Shown: positions 37,926 to 48,989, counted from the stretch's first letter. The stretch is 64,000 bases of DNA from an uncultured virus (IMG/VR IMGVR_UViG_2882707223_000001) (IMGVR_UViG_2882707223_000001), one strand, 5' to 3'. Made by a program: numbers and translations. Notes: generated by a model from the letters alone, not told the origin.

Positions 37926-38498
37926 ATGGCGGTATCAAAAGAGGTAAAGGAAACCATAGTAACAACCATTGATGAAGTGTTTCGGAAAATGAATAGCATA
38001 TCATGGTTGGAGCGGCAGAAGGCAATGAAGGACGAGGCTTTTAAAAATACCGAAAAAATCCTTTATTGTTTCAGCATCTTAAAAGAACACGTTGCAGACG
38101 AGGAGGCATATTTAGGCATGATCGGAAAGAAGAAAAGCGGCAGCGTGGTTAGATACTCTAAAAACAAGGTGGCAAAGCCGGACGAAGATCAATTATTGGA
38201 GGATCGTATTGCATCATACCGGCGCAGTAAAAACGATGTGGAGCGTATAGAAAAGGCATTGAAAAAGATTGAGGGCAAAAAGGGTTATGAGGTTATACAG
38301 ATGCGCTATTTGCAGCGCAAGAAGATAACCGAGAACGGAAAGCAGACGGAGGAAGTTTACACGTTCGAGGAAATAGCGGATATTTTGAGCGGGCAGCAGG
38401 GATATAATGATAATCTGAATGAAAAGACCGTGAGGAACTACAAAAATGCGCTTGTCCGCGATATGGCAATTTTTTTATTCGGATCCGATGCGGTATAG
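37926..38498 (+). CDS. RinA/ArpU-like late transcriptional activator
   Basis: IEKALKKI...VIQMRY...TFEEIA HTH; last gene before the packaging module. Confidence 0.7.
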   Translation: MAVSKEVKETIVTTIDEVFRKMNSISWLERQKAMKDEAFKNTEKILYCFSILKEHVADEEAYLGMIGKKKSGSVVRYSKNKVAKPDEDQLLEDRIASYRRSKNDVERIEKALKKIEGKKGYEVIQMRYLQRKKITENGKQTEEVYTFEEIADILSGQQGYNDNLNEKTVRNYKNALVRDMAIFLFGSDAV

Positions 38499-38703
38499 CA
38501 TGGGCGGCGAAAAGCGCGTATTTGCGGCGCATACAAGGCGCAGGCGGGCAGAAAAGGGGATTGACAACACGCCCGATTTGCCGCCCTTCACAAGTCCGTT
38601 TAACTATGTTATAATCTTTACAATTTCAAAACTATGCAGATTAAAGCGCGGCGGTTTCCGTTTGGGATCATGCCGCGCTATTTCTATATTCGGAGGCGGG
38701 CGC

Positions 38704-39156
38704 ATGGGGTTAATGAAGTATTGCAATAGAACCGGCTGCAATCGTTTAGTACCGCAGGGCGTTAAGTATTGCGCGGCGCATACGGTAGGAAAGACAGCAG
38801 AGAACCGGCAGAGGCATAAAGAATATGATGCACATTGCCGCAACCAAACAGCGAAAGACTTTTACAATAGCACGGAATGGAAAGCAGCAAGGGCGCGGGC
38901 GTTGGCGAGAGATACCAACATAGATATTTATTTGTATATCATGGAGGGCAGGATTGTACCGGCTGACACAGTACATCATATTGTGGAGTTAATGGAGGAC
39001 TATTCCAAGCGGTGCGATATGGATAATCTTATAAGCATATCAGAGGCAACGCACAGCATGATAAGCAAGGCATACAAGGACGCTGCAAGGAAGGCAGCGA
39101 TGCAGCAGACACTAAGGGAGTGCATCAGGGAGTATAAACGGAGGCTTGCGGGGTAG
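38704..39156 (+). CDS. Terminase-associated HNH endonuclease
   Basis: FYNSTEWKAAR...VHHIVEL...NLISIS..TH. Confidence 0.85.
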   Translation: MGLMKYCNRTGCNRLVPQGVKYCAAHTVGKTAENRQRHKEYDAHCRNQTAKDFYNSTEWKAARARALARDTNIDIYLYIMEGRIVPADTVHHIVELMEDYSKRCDMDNLISISEATHSMISKAYKDAARKAAMQQTLRECIREYKRRLAG

Positions 39157-39260
39157 GGGGTGCAAAAAAGTTTTGAACCGTTCCTGCTAAGACCGCAGCC
39201 CCCCTAAATTTACGCAAAAACTCCCTAAATGGACATTTTTCAGAAAGGGGGTTGCAGGGC

Positions 39261-39770
39261 ATGGCAAGACCGAGGCAACCGATCGACTTGATCGCAGCAA
39301 AAGGGCGAAAACACTTGACGATCGAGGAATACACAGAGCGCAAACAATCAGAGATTACGGCACCGGCAGACGATATAAAACCGCCCGCATTTTTATTGAA
39401 AAAAGAGCGGGAAAAATTCGAGGAACTGGCAAAACAGTTAATCGAATTGAAAATCATGTCAAATTTGGATTGTGATGTACTGGCAAGGTACATAAGGGCA
39501 GAAACGGAATACATCAAGGTTACAAAGCAGTTGCAGAAAATAAAGTTTTTGCCGGATAAGAAAAGCATGGTTACGGAAGATGCACAGCTTGCGGAACAAT
39601 ACGCGCAGTACAATTATCTTTCCAAAATTCAAAATAGGCTTATGAAAGCCTGCAATGAGAACGCAAGGGAATTAGGCTTGACAATTTCAAGCCGGTGCAA
39701 ATTAGTGATACCGAAGGAAAAAGACGATAAGCCCGAAAACAAGTTTATGAAACATACGAAACGCGCATAG
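39261..39770 (+). CDS. Terminase small subunit (P27 family)
   Basis: MARPRQP...ELGLTISSRCKL. Confidence 0.9.
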   Translation: MARPRQPIDLIAAKGRKHLTIEEYTERKQSEITAPADDIKPPAFLLKKEREKFEELAKQLIELKIMSNLDCDVLARYIRAETEYIKVTKQLQKIKFLPDKKSMVTEDAQLAEQYAQYNYLSKIQNRLMKACNENARELGLTISSRCKLVIPKEKDDKPENKFMKHTKRA

Positions 39771-39774
39771 GCGT

Positions 39775-41550
39775 ATGGCAAGGGTATTAAAGACAACGGA
39801 TCACGTATCACAGTTTGCAGAAAAAAACCTAAAGAATAAAAAAGAGTTTGGAGAAGATGCGCGGCTTGCGTTCAAGAGGCATCTAAACGATCTGAAAAGA
39901 GCGGAAAAGAGCGATCCGGCATTTCCGTATATTTTCGTACCGGAAAAGGCAGAGGACATAATAGAACTTGCGAACAAATTAACGATTGCAGAGGGCGAGG
40001 GGGATCAAGAGTTTACCTGCGCCGGTTTCCAAGAGTTTATTTTAGGTTCGCTTTTCGGTTGGGTACATAAGGAAACTGGAAAACGCCGGTTTACTGACAG
40101 CTATGTGCAGGTGGCGCGGCAGCAGGGCAAAAGCGTTTTAAATGCCATTTTGGGGATCAAGTGCAGCAATTTCGACAATTACAATTACGGTCAAATATAT
40201 TGTACCGCCACAAAATCAGATCAAGCGCGGATTGTTTTAAATGAAATTTCAAAATTCATAAATGCAGATGCAGACCTGCAGGAATTGTTTGATATAAAGG
40301 ACTACAAAAGCGAGATAACCGGAAAAATTACAAATACGGTCATTCGGGCGTTGGGGAGAGATACAAAGTCAATAGACGGTTTCAGACCGTATTTGGGCAT
40401 AGTGGACGAATACCACGCGCACAAGGATAACCAAATGTATAAGCTGCTAAAGGGCGGCACAAGGAAATTAAAACAATCGCTTATTTCGGTTATCACAACG
40501 GCGGGTTTCAACTTGAACGCGCCCTGCTATGAGTTATTCAAGTATTGCCGCCGAGTGTTAAGGGGAATTGACACAAACGAGCGGCAATTTATTTATATAG
40601 CCCAAATGGACGAAAAAGATAACATTTGGGATCCGAAAAACTGGATCAAATGCTGCCCGCTGACCGGACACGATCCGGAATTGGTTTCGCAGATGCAGGA
40701 AGATGCAAAGAAAGCCAAGTCAATGGGCGGCGAGGAATTACGCGATTTTATGACAAAATCGCTAAACATTTGGGTAACGAACGCGGAAACCGCGTTTATT
40801 GATTTGGCAGAATGGGAAAAGTGCGGCTGCAAAAAGACACTGGAAAATTTCAGAGGAAAGAAAGCAATATGCGGTTTGGATCTGTCAAGCGGCGGCGATC
40901 TTACATCGCTTGTTTTGGAATTTCCCTATGAGGACGAAAAGACCGGCGACAAGAAATATTATATCTATTCCCATTCATTCATACCAAAGCGGCGTATGCA
41001 GGAACACATGGATCAAGAGGACAACGCGCCGTATGTGATTTGGGAGCAGGAAGGGCTACTTACAGTGACGACAGCGGCGGCGGGCATAAAGACCGATTAC
41101 AAAACGATTTTAGCGCACCTGCATACATTGGTTGACACATACGAGATAGATTTAACGGCGATCGCATACGATCCCCACAATGCGAGCGCGTTTTTACTGG
41201 ATCTTGAAGATTTCGGTTGTGATTTGGTGGAGATAAAGCAGAGCGCAAGGAGCCTAAACGATGCAACCATAGATTTCCAATTAGAGGTAAAGGCGCACAA
41301 TATAGAGTATGACGAGCGCAACAAGCTATTAACAAGATCCATGAATGACGCTATTTTATCAGAGCCAAACAGTTTTGGCGAAATAAAGATAGATAAAATG
41401 TTACAGAAAAACCGGATAGATCCATGCGATGCAACCGTTTGCGCCCACAAGGTAGCAATGGGCGTAGAGGTTGAGGAAATAACAACAGATCAAAGCGTAG
41501 AGGCGTATTTAAAAATGTTTGAGAAGGAGGCAGGTGCAAGTGGCGAATGA
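39775..41550 (+). CDS. Terminase large subunit
   Basis: VARQQGKS, IVDEYH, ITTAG, GLDLS, RIDP. Confidence 0.95.
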   Translation: MARVLKTTDHVSQFAEKNLKNKKEFGEDARLAFKRHLNDLKRAEKSDPAFPYIFVPEKAEDIIELANKLTIAEGEGDQEFTCAGFQEFILGSLFGWVHKETGKRRFTDSYVQVARQQGKSVLNAILGIKCSNFDNYNYGQIYCTATKSDQARIVLNEISKFINADADLQELFDIKDYKSEITGKITNTVIRALGRDTKSIDGFRPYLGIVDEYHAHKDNQMYKLLKGGTRKLKQSLISVITTAGFNLNAPCYELFKYCRRVLRGIDTNERQFIYIAQMDEKDNIWDPKNWIKCCPLTGHDPELVSQMQEDAKKAKSMGGEELRDFMTKSLNIWVTNAETAFIDLAEWEKCGCKKTLENFRGKKAICGLDLSSGGDLTSLVLEFPYEDEKTGDKKYYIYSHSFIPKRRMQEHMDQEDNAPYVIWEQEGLLTVTTAAAGIKTDYKTILAHLHTLVDTYEIDLTAIAYDPHNASAFLLDLEDFGCDLVEIKQSARSLNDATIDFQLEVKAHNIEYDERNKLLTRSMNDAILSEPNSFGEIKIDKMLQKNRIDPCDATVCAHKVAMGVEVEEITTDQSVEAYLKMFEKEAGASGE

Positions 41551-42854
41551 GGATATTTGACAAAATCATAAAATTTTTTAATAAAACAATAAGACCGGCA
41601 GCAGGCGCAGATGATGAGCGGTTATTAGAATGGTTGGGAATATCGGGAACGCCGAAAAAAGTTTTAGGAGAAGTAACCTATTTTACCTGCCTTAAAATGT
41701 TATCCGAAACATTGGGGAAGATGCCGATCAAATTCTATCAGCAGACGGAGCGGGGGATCGAGGAGGCGGGCGCAAATACGGCGTATAATCTGTTAAGGAC
41801 GCGCCCAAACCCGCAAATGACACCAACGACATTTTGGGGAACGGTGGAAAACAACCGGAACCATTACGGAAACGCTTATGTATGGATCCAAAGGGAATTT
41901 AAACGGAAAAAATACGGCGGCGACATAGAAATAAAAAATTTATGGATCATGCCGTCAAGCGATGTAACCGTAATAGTAGATGATAAGGGCGTATTTGGTG
42001 CGGCGGGCGATGTTTACTATTGGTATACGGATAAATACAGCGGCGAAAGCTATTGTTTTCCGTCAAGTGATGTGATGCACTTTAAAACATCAATGTCATT
42101 TGACGGACTGACCGGCGCACCGGTGCGGGATATTCTGAAATTGACAATAGAGGGCGGTTTAGAAAGCCAAAACTTTATGAACAACCTTTATAAAGGCGGC
42201 TTGACGGCGCGGGCGGCGTTGCAGTATACCGGCGATTTATCCCCGAAACTGGAAAAACAGTTGATCGCAAGACTGGAGGAGTACGCCAACGGCGCGAACA
42301 ATGCCGGTAAATTCATACCGATACCGATCGGAATGAAGTTAGAGCCACTCAATATCAAGCTGACAGACAGCCAATTTTTCGAGTTGAAAAAGTATAGCGC
42401 GTTGCAGATTGCGGGTGCGTTCGGTATCAAGCCGAACCAAATAAACGATTACGAAAAAAGCAGCTATGCCAACAGCGAAATGCAGAACATTTCTTTTTAT
42501 ATTGACACTGAATTATATGTTTTAAAGCAGTATGAGGAGGAAATAAACTATAAGTTGTTGGAGCCGAGCGAAACGGCAGCAGGGAAACACTTTAAATTTA
42601 ATGAAAATGTGATCCTGCGTACCGATGCAAAGAGCCAAGCAACAATTTTAACCGGATATGTGCAGAATGGCATATACACGCCAAACGAGGCGCGATCATT
42701 TATGAATAAGCCGCGCATGGAAGGCGGCGATAATCTGATATGCAACGGAAATTATATCAAGGTTGCGGACATTGGAAAAGACCAAGAGGAAGGGGGCGGC
42801 GAAAGTGGCGAAAATTTTAAAATTACAAAAGAAAGACAAAAACAACCGATATAG
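41547..42854 (+). CDS. HK97-family portal protein
   Basis: RPNPQMT, YGNAY, GIYTPNEAR. Confidence 0.93.
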   Translation: MRIFDKIIKFFNKTIRPAAGADDERLLEWLGISGTPKKVLGEVTYFTCLKMLSETLGKMPIKFYQQTERGIEEAGANTAYNLLRTRPNPQMTPTTFWGTVENNRNHYGNAYVWIQREFKRKKYGGDIEIKNLWIMPSSDVTVIVDDKGVFGAAGDVYYWYTDKYSGESYCFPSSDVMHFKTSMSFDGLTGAPVRDILKLTIEGGLESQNFMNNLYKGGLTARAALQYTGDLSPKLEKQLIARLEEYANGANNAGKFIPIPIGMKLEPLNIKLTDSQFFELKKYSALQIAGAFGIKPNQINDYEKSSYANSEMQNISFYIDTELYVLKQYEEEINYKLLEPSETAAGKHFKFNENVILRTDAKSQATILTGYVQNGIYTPNEARSFMNKPRMEGGDNLICNGNYIKVADIGKDQEEGGGESGENFKITKERQKQPI

Positions 42855-43647
42855 GGAAGTTGGCAGCATTGAGATCCGCAACGAAACGGAAACGGCGGCG
42901 GATCTTTGCTTTTTCGGGGATATAAACAGCGAGAGTTTGGGGGAATGGCAAAAGTATTATCCCGAAGATAAAGCCCCGAAAGACGTGCAGGACTTTTTGG
43001 ATCAGCTTGACGGCGTTTCAAAAATCAATGTGCATATCAACAGCGGCGGCGGATCGGTATTCGGCGGCATCGCCATTTACAATATCTTAAAGCGGCACAA
43101 TGCGGAAATAACCGTTTATGTTGAGGGGTTGGCGGCGAGCATTGCAAGCGTTATAGCAATGGCGGGAGATCGGATCATTATACCGGCAAACGCGCAGATG
43201 ATGATCCACAAGCCAAGCAGTATCACATGGGGCAACGCGGACGATATGAGGAAGGAGGCAGATGTTTTAGACGGTTGCCAAAAGGTTATTTTAAACACCT
43301 ATATGCAGCATACCAAAGAGGGCGTGACACCGGAACAAATAAATGCGCTGATTGATGCGGAAACATGGAAGAACGGCGAGGAATGGCAGGAATTTTTCGA
43401 TATTGAGGTATCGGAAAAGAGCAATGCGGAAGCCTCTGCAAGTGATTATTTTGAACGGTATAACAACCTGCCGGAAAAGCTGAAAGAACCGCAGGAGCCG
43501 CCTGCGGCTGATATTGACAGTATAGCCGATGCACTGGCAAAGAGGCTTGAAAAAACAATCAAAGATAGCTGCATACCGATACCGGCAGCAGACGAGGACA
43601 AAGAAAAGCAGATAGCGGCAATTTTGGAGGATTTAGATTTTATCTAA
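42805..43647 (+). CDS. ClpP-type prohead protease
   Basis: INSGGGSVF, GLAASIASVI, MMIHKP. Confidence 0.92.
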   Translation: MAKILKLQKKDKNNRYREVGSIEIRNETETAADLCFFGDINSESLGEWQKYYPEDKAPKDVQDFLDQLDGVSKINVHINSGGGSVFGGIAIYNILKRHNAEITVYVEGLAASIASVIAMAGDRIIIPANAQMMIHKPSSITWGNADDMRKEADVLDGCQKVILNTYMQHTKEGVTPEQINALIDAETWKNGEEWQEFFDIEVSEKSNAEASASDYFERYNNLPEKLKEPQEPPAADIDSIADALAKRLEKTIKDSCIPIPAADEDKEKQIAAILEDLDFI

Positions 43648-43686
43648 GTCCTTTTTTAATGCAAAAATAAAGGAGGCATAAATACA

Positions 43687-45057
43687 ATGAATGAAGAATT
43701 GAAAAAGATGCTTGACAGCATCAAGGCGAAAAAGCAGGAAGTGCGGGATCTCTGCAAGGCGGGCAAGATCAAGGACGCGGCAAAGGCAAAGGACGAGTTA
43801 AAAGAGTTGCAGGCACAGTTTGATTTGCTTTATGATTTGGAGCAGGATAAACTGGACGATATGCAGCAGAAAGCAGCAGACGGAACCGCGAAAAAGATTG
43901 TGGATCAGACAAAGAAAATCGCGGGCGCGTTCGTGAACGCAATCAAGGCGGCAGTAGGCAAGGGCGATTTGTCGGCAGAGGATAAAGAGATCCTTAATTC
44001 CATGAATGAGGGCAAGGACGAGGACGGCGGCTTGACGGTGCCGAAGGACATTAGAACGGCGGTTAAAGAGTTGCGCCGTTCGGAGGACGCACTGGAAAAC
44101 CTTGTAAACGTGGAGCGCGTAACCACATTAAGCGGCAGCAGGGTTATTGAGCGGTACGCAGATCAGACACCTTTTGACAATGTGGACGAGGCGGCAGAGT
44201 TTCCGGAGGTTTCAACGCCGCAGTTTGAAAAAATTGATTACAAGGTAAAGAAAAAGGGCGGCATTTTAAAAGTTACGCAGGAACTTTTAAGCGATACCGC
44301 CGAAAACATTATCGGTTATCTGAAAAAGTGGATCGCAAAGAAGGCAAAGGCAACAAGAAACTTTATGATTATTGCGAAAGTCCGCGAGATTACCAAAGAT
44401 GCGGAGGTGCCGGTTGTGGGGTTGGACGATCTGAAAAAGATTTTCAATATTCTTTTAGATCCGGCAATCGCATTAAGCGCGTGTGTGGTTACTAATCAGG
44501 ACGGCTATAACTGGCTTGACACCTTAAAGGACAAGGACGGTAAGTATATCATGCAGCCGGATCCGACAAAACCAATGAGTACACTTTTATTCGGCAAATA
44601 TCCGGTTAAAAAGGTAGGCAATAAGACTATGCCGAGTGTTGCGGTATCGGGCGGCTATAAGGTGCCGATCGTGTGCGGCGATCTGAAAGAGGCGATCACG
44701 ATTTTTGACCGCGAAACGCTGACAATCGACATTTCCAGTACCGCAGGCAAGCTATGGGAAACCGATCAGACCGGTATAAAGGTAAGGGAGCGTTTAGACA
44801 TTCAGAGCGTGGACGAGGAAGCGATCATCATGGCGGAGCATTTGATCGAAACATCGGACGGCGGCGCAGCCGTAGCAAGTATTGAGCCGGAAGAAAAAAA
44901 GATTTATACACAGGCAGAGATCGAAAAGTTGTCACGCGAAAAGATTGTTGCATTGGGAACCCAATTAGGGTACACAATGACAGCAACGGCAGCAGACGAG
45001 AAGGCGGCGGTTGTGGCTGATTTCATGCAGCAGCAGGCAGCGGCGCAGGGCGAGTAA
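43687..45057 (+). CDS. Major capsid protein (HK97 fold) with C-terminal extension
   Basis: Coiled-coil delta domain, DGGLTVPKD, TQELLSD, GDLKEA. Confidence 0.92.
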   Translation: MNEELKKMLDSIKAKKQEVRDLCKAGKIKDAAKAKDELKELQAQFDLLYDLEQDKLDDMQQKAADGTAKKIVDQTKKIAGAFVNAIKAAVGKGDLSAEDKEILNSMNEGKDEDGGLTVPKDIRTAVKELRRSEDALENLVNVERVTTLSGSRVIERYADQTPFDNVDEAAEFPEVSTPQFEKIDYKVKKKGGILKVTQELLSDTAENIIGYLKKWIAKKAKATRNFMIIAKVREITKDAEVPVVGLDDLKKIFNILLDPAIALSACVVTNQDGYNWLDTLKDKDGKYIMQPDPTKPMSTLLFGKYPVKKVGNKTMPSVAVSGGYKVPIVCGDLKEAITIFDRETLTIDISSTAGKLWETDQTGIKVRERLDIQSVDEEAIIMAEHLIETSDGGAAVASIEPEEKKIYTQAEIEKLSREKIVALGTQLGYTMTATAADEKAAVVADFMQQQAAAQGE

Positions 45058-45081
45058 GAAAGCACAAGGAAATAAACAAAG

Positions 45082-45113
45082 ATAACGGCGGCGGGGGTTC
45101 CCGCCGCCGTTAT
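45082..45113 (+). terminator. GC-rich hairpin after the capsid gene
   Basis: ATAACGGCGGCGGG/CCCGCCGCCGTTAT inverted repeat. Confidence 0.65.
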
Positions 45114-45129
45114 GAAGGCGGGGTGCGGT

Positions 45130-45423
45130 ATGGCAATAATAACGCTGAATGAGGTAAAAGAGTATGCAAGGATTGACATTGACGAGGACGATCAGTTATT
45201 GGAAACAATAATTGTTTCGGCGGAGGAATATTTGAAAAATGCAACCGGCAAAGAATACCCCGAAACAGACGAAACCGGTAGCAAGATAAATTATGCGCTT
45301 GAAAAAATCTATCTGCAATTACTTGCAGCTTATTGGTATGAAAAAAGAACGCCTGCGGGGGGAGTTGGGGAAGATTTTAGTTTTATGACAAAATCGTTAA
45401 TGTTGCAATTACAAAATAAGTAG
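45130..45423 (+). CDS. Head-tail connector (gp6-like)
   Basis: ITLNEVKEYARID..EDDQLL...WYEKR. Confidence 0.85.
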   Translation: MAIITLNEVKEYARIDIDEDDQLLETIIVSAEEYLKNATGKEYPETDETGSKINYALEKIYLQLLAAYWYEKRTPAGGVGEDFSFMTKSLMLQLQNK

Positions 45424-45430
45424 GTGGATT

Positions 45431-45784
45431 ATGGATATAGGGCGAACCAACAAACGGATCACATTCTGCAGGTATGAAGAAAAAGAAAACGCATTATCAC
45501 AGACAGAGCAGGCACTGGCAGAAGTAAAGACGGTATGGGCGAGCGTGGAGCCGACAAGGGGCAGAGAGTACCAAGAGGCGCAGCGGGTAAGACCGGAATT
45601 AACATATAAGGTTACAACACGATACCATAAAGAAGTTACACCGGATATGTTTATTAAATTCAAAGGACGCTATTTCAATATTGTTTCTATTATCAACGTG
45701 AAGGAAAAAAACGAGATGTTAGAAATTATTTGTACTGAAAATTTGCAAAAAATAACTTTCAATGCGAATAAAAGGGAGGTATAA
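45431..45784 (+). CDS. Head closure protein
   Basis: GRTNKRITF...VWASVEP..GRE. Confidence 0.85.
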   Translation: MDIGRTNKRITFCRYEEKENALSQTEQALAEVKTVWASVEPTRGREYQEAQRVRPELTYKVTTRYHKEVTPDMFIKFKGRYFNIVSIINVKEKNEMLEIICTENLQKITFNANKREV

Positions 45785-45813
45785 TATAGAAAAACATTTA
45801 GGAGGATCACGCT

Positions 45814-46367
45814 ATGAATGATTTCATTATTACCTTGCTTTTTGGGTGGTTGGGCGTACATAAGTTTATGCAGAAAAAGTACGGTTTAGGCATCTTGTAT
45901 TTTTTCACATTGGGCTTGTGCGGCATCGGTTGGGCGGTTGATACAATCGCGGCATTTATGAGAATGACAACCGGAAAACAACCGGCACCGGCAACACAAA
46001 ACCCGAACACATTTTCGGGGGGGGGGTACGAGCCTCCGGCAAACAGCTTATTAAAAGTTTCGATACGGTGATCGTTGGAACTTTTGCAAAATGCGATTTA
46101 GATCCGGAAAGCAAAAGAGAGGATCTAATATTTTGCGTAAAGCCAAATTGGGAACTATCGTTAAAACATTGGGAATACAAAGGAAACCCCGCGTATTATG
46201 TGTTGCACCCAAACGGCGCAGATTTGGGAAATATAAGAGAGGGGTTAGCAAAGATCCTCTATGATGAATACAGAGATTGCGAGTTTAAAGTATACGCGAT
46301 AAAAAAAGGCTATGACGATGTACACGATTGCGCGACATATAACATCAGAATAGATATATACAGATAG
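45814..46367 (+). pseudogene. Moron: TM2-domain membrane protein fused to a HIRAN-like domain, split at a G10 tract
   Basis: LFGWLGVHKF...FTLGLCGIGWAVD (TM2); the second frame is open from the G10 (46017-46026) to 46367; own terminator at 46371-46401. Confidence 0.7.
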
Positions 46368-46417
46368 TACAAGGGGGCTGCATTGGCGCAGCCCCTTTTT
46401 TGATTGGAGGCGAGCGC

Positions 46418-46861
46418 ATGGCGGCGGGCATGAATTTTGAAATTAGCGGTTTGGAAGAACTGGAAAGGGATTTAACGGCAGCAGTAAGGGCGGCACCGGA
46501 AAAGGCAAAGGAAACCCTGCGGGATATAAGCAAAGACTTTAAAAAGTCTGCAAAGAAAAGGGCAAATTCTGAATTAAAGCCGCATGAGAGAGCGGGCAGC
46601 GAGAAAAACAAGGCGATCAAAAGAAAATTCGGATCAAAAGTCATTGAGGAAGGCATAGGCGCAACGGCTTTGGTGTGGAATAGCGCAAGGCATTTTCATT
46701 TGATAGAAAACGGTCACAACCTTGTGAGAGGCGGCAGGGTTGTGGGATTTGTAGAGGGTAAGCATATCATGGAAAAAACACGAAATGAATATGAAAGCGT
46801 TGTGCCGGAACGGTTTGAAAACATGGTAGATGATATTTTAAAGGAGCGTGATTTAGATTAA
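46418..46861 (+). CDS. HK97 gp10-like tail completion protein
   Basis: ISGLEEL...HLIENGH...FVEGKH. Confidence 0.8.
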   Translation: MAAGMNFEISGLEELERDLTAAVRAAPEKAKETLRDISKDFKKSAKKRANSELKPHERAGSEKNKAIKRKFGSKVIEEGIGATALVWNSARHFHLIENGHNLVRGGRVVGFVEGKHIMEKTRNEYESVVPERFENMVDDILKERDLD

Positions 46862-46892
46862 ACTTGTAGAGATTAAAAAGGCAATCAATGGA

Positions 46893-47297
46893 TTGTTAAA
46901 AGGGAGATACCCGCCGCCACAATACAAAATCTATGGGAAAGAGATTAGGGAGGGATATGATGCACCTTGCTTTTTCACAGAGATTTTAGACAGAGGCAGC
47001 AGGGCAGAAACAAGGAATTTCGCTAAAGGCGGCTTTACGGTTAAAATAACGTATTTCCAAACAGAGAAAAACGAATTAGATCAGCTTGAAAAGGTGGACG
47101 AAATAAAAGACCTTTTCGGGCTGTTTTTTTGTGTCGAGGATCGCAAGCTGACAATAGGCGAATTTTCACATGATTACATCGGGGAGTATCAGGACATTTT
47201 GCAGATCAGTATTGAAATTGACTACAAGGAAAACACGCAAAAGGAAGATGCGGCACCGGTAGCAAGGGAGATAGGCGTAGAAGTTACGCAAGGTTAA
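46893..47297 (+). CDS. Tail terminator-like protein (start probably slightly upstream)
   Basis: Position before the sheath; EIREGYDAPCFF. Confidence 0.7.
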   Translation: MLKGRYPPPQYKIYGKEIREGYDAPCFFTEILDRGSRAETRNFAKGGFTVKITYFQTEKNELDQLEKVDEIKDLFGLFFCVEDRKLTIGEFSHDYIGEYQDILQISIEIDYKENTQKEDAAPVAREIGVEVTQG

Positions 47298-47313
47298 AAA
47301 GGAGGCTGAAAGA

Positions 47314-48471
47314 ATGGGCGCACCAAGTATTGACATTAGTTTTATTGAAAAAGGCATATCGGCAATTAAGAGAGGCGAGCGGGGGATCGTCATGTTGTGG
47401 GTAAAAGACACGTTACCCGCGCCTGCGGTCAATCCGGCAACGGTGGTAACTGAAAGCGATATACCTGCGGGCTTGTCTGATACGACAGTGGAGCAGGTAA
47501 AACTGGCAATGACCGGTTATATAAATGCACCTAAGAAAGTGCTTGTGTATGGCATGGGGATCGCGGAAGATGCAGAAACGGAGGCAGTTGAAACCGGATA
47601 TAGAAAGGCAATGACGGCAGCGGAAACAATCCGTTTTGACTATTTGGCAATCCCGACAGTGGAAACGGACGGAAAAGGGGAGGACATTGCATCATGGGTT
47701 AAAACCATGAGAGAAACCAAGAAAAAGAAGATTAAGGCAGTTTTGCCGAACGTGGCGGCAGACAATGAAGGGATCATCAATTTCACAACCGAAAAGAGCA
47801 TCAAGACGGAAACCGTAACCGGAAAGGGCGGCGCGAAAACAACCGTAGATATGATTTATACGGCTGAACAGTATTGCGCGAGAATTGCCGGACTGATCGC
47901 GGGTACGCCTATGACGATTGCCTGCACCTATGCGCCGTTGCCGGAATTGTCGGACTGTACGAGATTAACGGACAATGACACGCCGATAGACAAGGGCGAG
48001 TTTATTATCTTCTATGACGGCGAGAAGGTAAAGGTAGTAAGAGGCGTTAATAGCTTTATTACAACGATTGACGGAAAGGGCGACAGCTTTAAGAAAATCA
48101 AGATTGTTGAGGCTATGGACATGATAAACGATGATATTGTCAAGACGGCGCAGGATAGCTATTTAGGAAAGTATGCAAATACCTATTCCAACAAGTGCCT
48201 GCTGATAACAGCAATAAGCAGTTACTTTGCACAGTTAAAGCGTGATGATATTGTAAGCAGCTATTCGGTTGGACTGGACGCAGGGGCGATCCGGATCTAT
48301 CTGAAAGGGCGCGGGCTGCAAGCAACACTTGACGATGGAACAATAAAAGATGTTGACGAATGCAGCGATGAAGAAATCATAACCGCAGACACCGGCGCAA
48401 GCGTGTTTCTGACCGGTAATGTAAAGATTTTAGATGCAATCGAAGATATTAAAATGCCGATTTACATTTAA
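47314..48471 (+). CDS. Tail sheath protein
   Basis: MGAPSIDISF...RIAGLIAG...RGVNSF...KKIKIVE (XkdK-like). Confidence 0.88.
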   Translation: MGAPSIDISFIEKGISAIKRGERGIVMLWVKDTLPAPAVNPATVVTESDIPAGLSDTTVEQVKLAMTGYINAPKKVLVYGMGIAEDAETEAVETGYRKAMTAAETIRFDYLAIPTVETDGKGEDIASWVKTMRETKKKKIKAVLPNVAADNEGIINFTTEKSIKTETVTGKGGAKTTVDMIYTAEQYCARIAGLIAGTPMTIACTYAPLPELSDCTRLTDNDTPIDKGEFIIFYDGEKVKVVRGVNSFITTIDGKGDSFKKIKIVEAMDMINDDIVKTAQDSYLGKYANTYSNKCLLITAISSYFAQLKRDDIVSSYSVGLDAGAIRIYLKGRGLQATLDDGTIKDVDECSDEEIITADTGASVFLTGNVKILDAIEDIKMPIYI

Positions 48472-48490
48472 GAAAGAGAGGTAAAAAAGT

Positions 48491-48922
48491 ATGCCGAAAG
48501 AATTTAAACCGGAGCAGGTCATAAATGGAACATGGGGCGAGGCGTGGCTTGACGGCGAATATTTGGCGCAGGTAATGGCGTTAAAAGCAGAGGTTACGCC
48601 GAAGAAAACCGCGATCGCGATGGTACAGAGATTGAATGAGGGGCAGAAAATGACCGGCTTAGAATTAAAGGGAGAGATCAAGCTGCATAAGATCAACAGT
48701 ACCATTATGCGGAAAATGAGCGAGTATTTTAAGCGGGGTAAGATGATGACCTGCACGATCGTTTCCAACGTAAAGGATCCGGACGCTTTAGGCGCGGAGC
48801 GCGTGGCGTTATACAACTGCCTTTTCGACAAACTGATCCTTGCAGATTGGGAGGCGGGGAAAATGGGAGAGGAAAGTTATAGTTTCACATTTGAGAATTG
48901 GGAGATATTGCAGGCAATCTAA
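48491..48922 (+). CDS. Tail tube protein (XkdM-like)
   Basis: INGTWGEAWLDG...DPDALGAER...FTFE. Confidence 0.88.
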   Translation: MPKEFKPEQVINGTWGEAWLDGEYLAQVMALKAEVTPKKTAIAMVQRLNEGQKMTGLELKGEIKLHKINSTIMRKMSEYFKRGKMMTCTIVSNVKDPDALGAERVALYNCLFDKLILADWEAGKMGEESYSFTFENWEILQAI

Positions 48923-48989
48923 GCAAGAAAACCATGAGGCAGAGGGCGCGGGGTGCGCCCTTATTTTTATGTAAAGGAGAATAGAAAAA

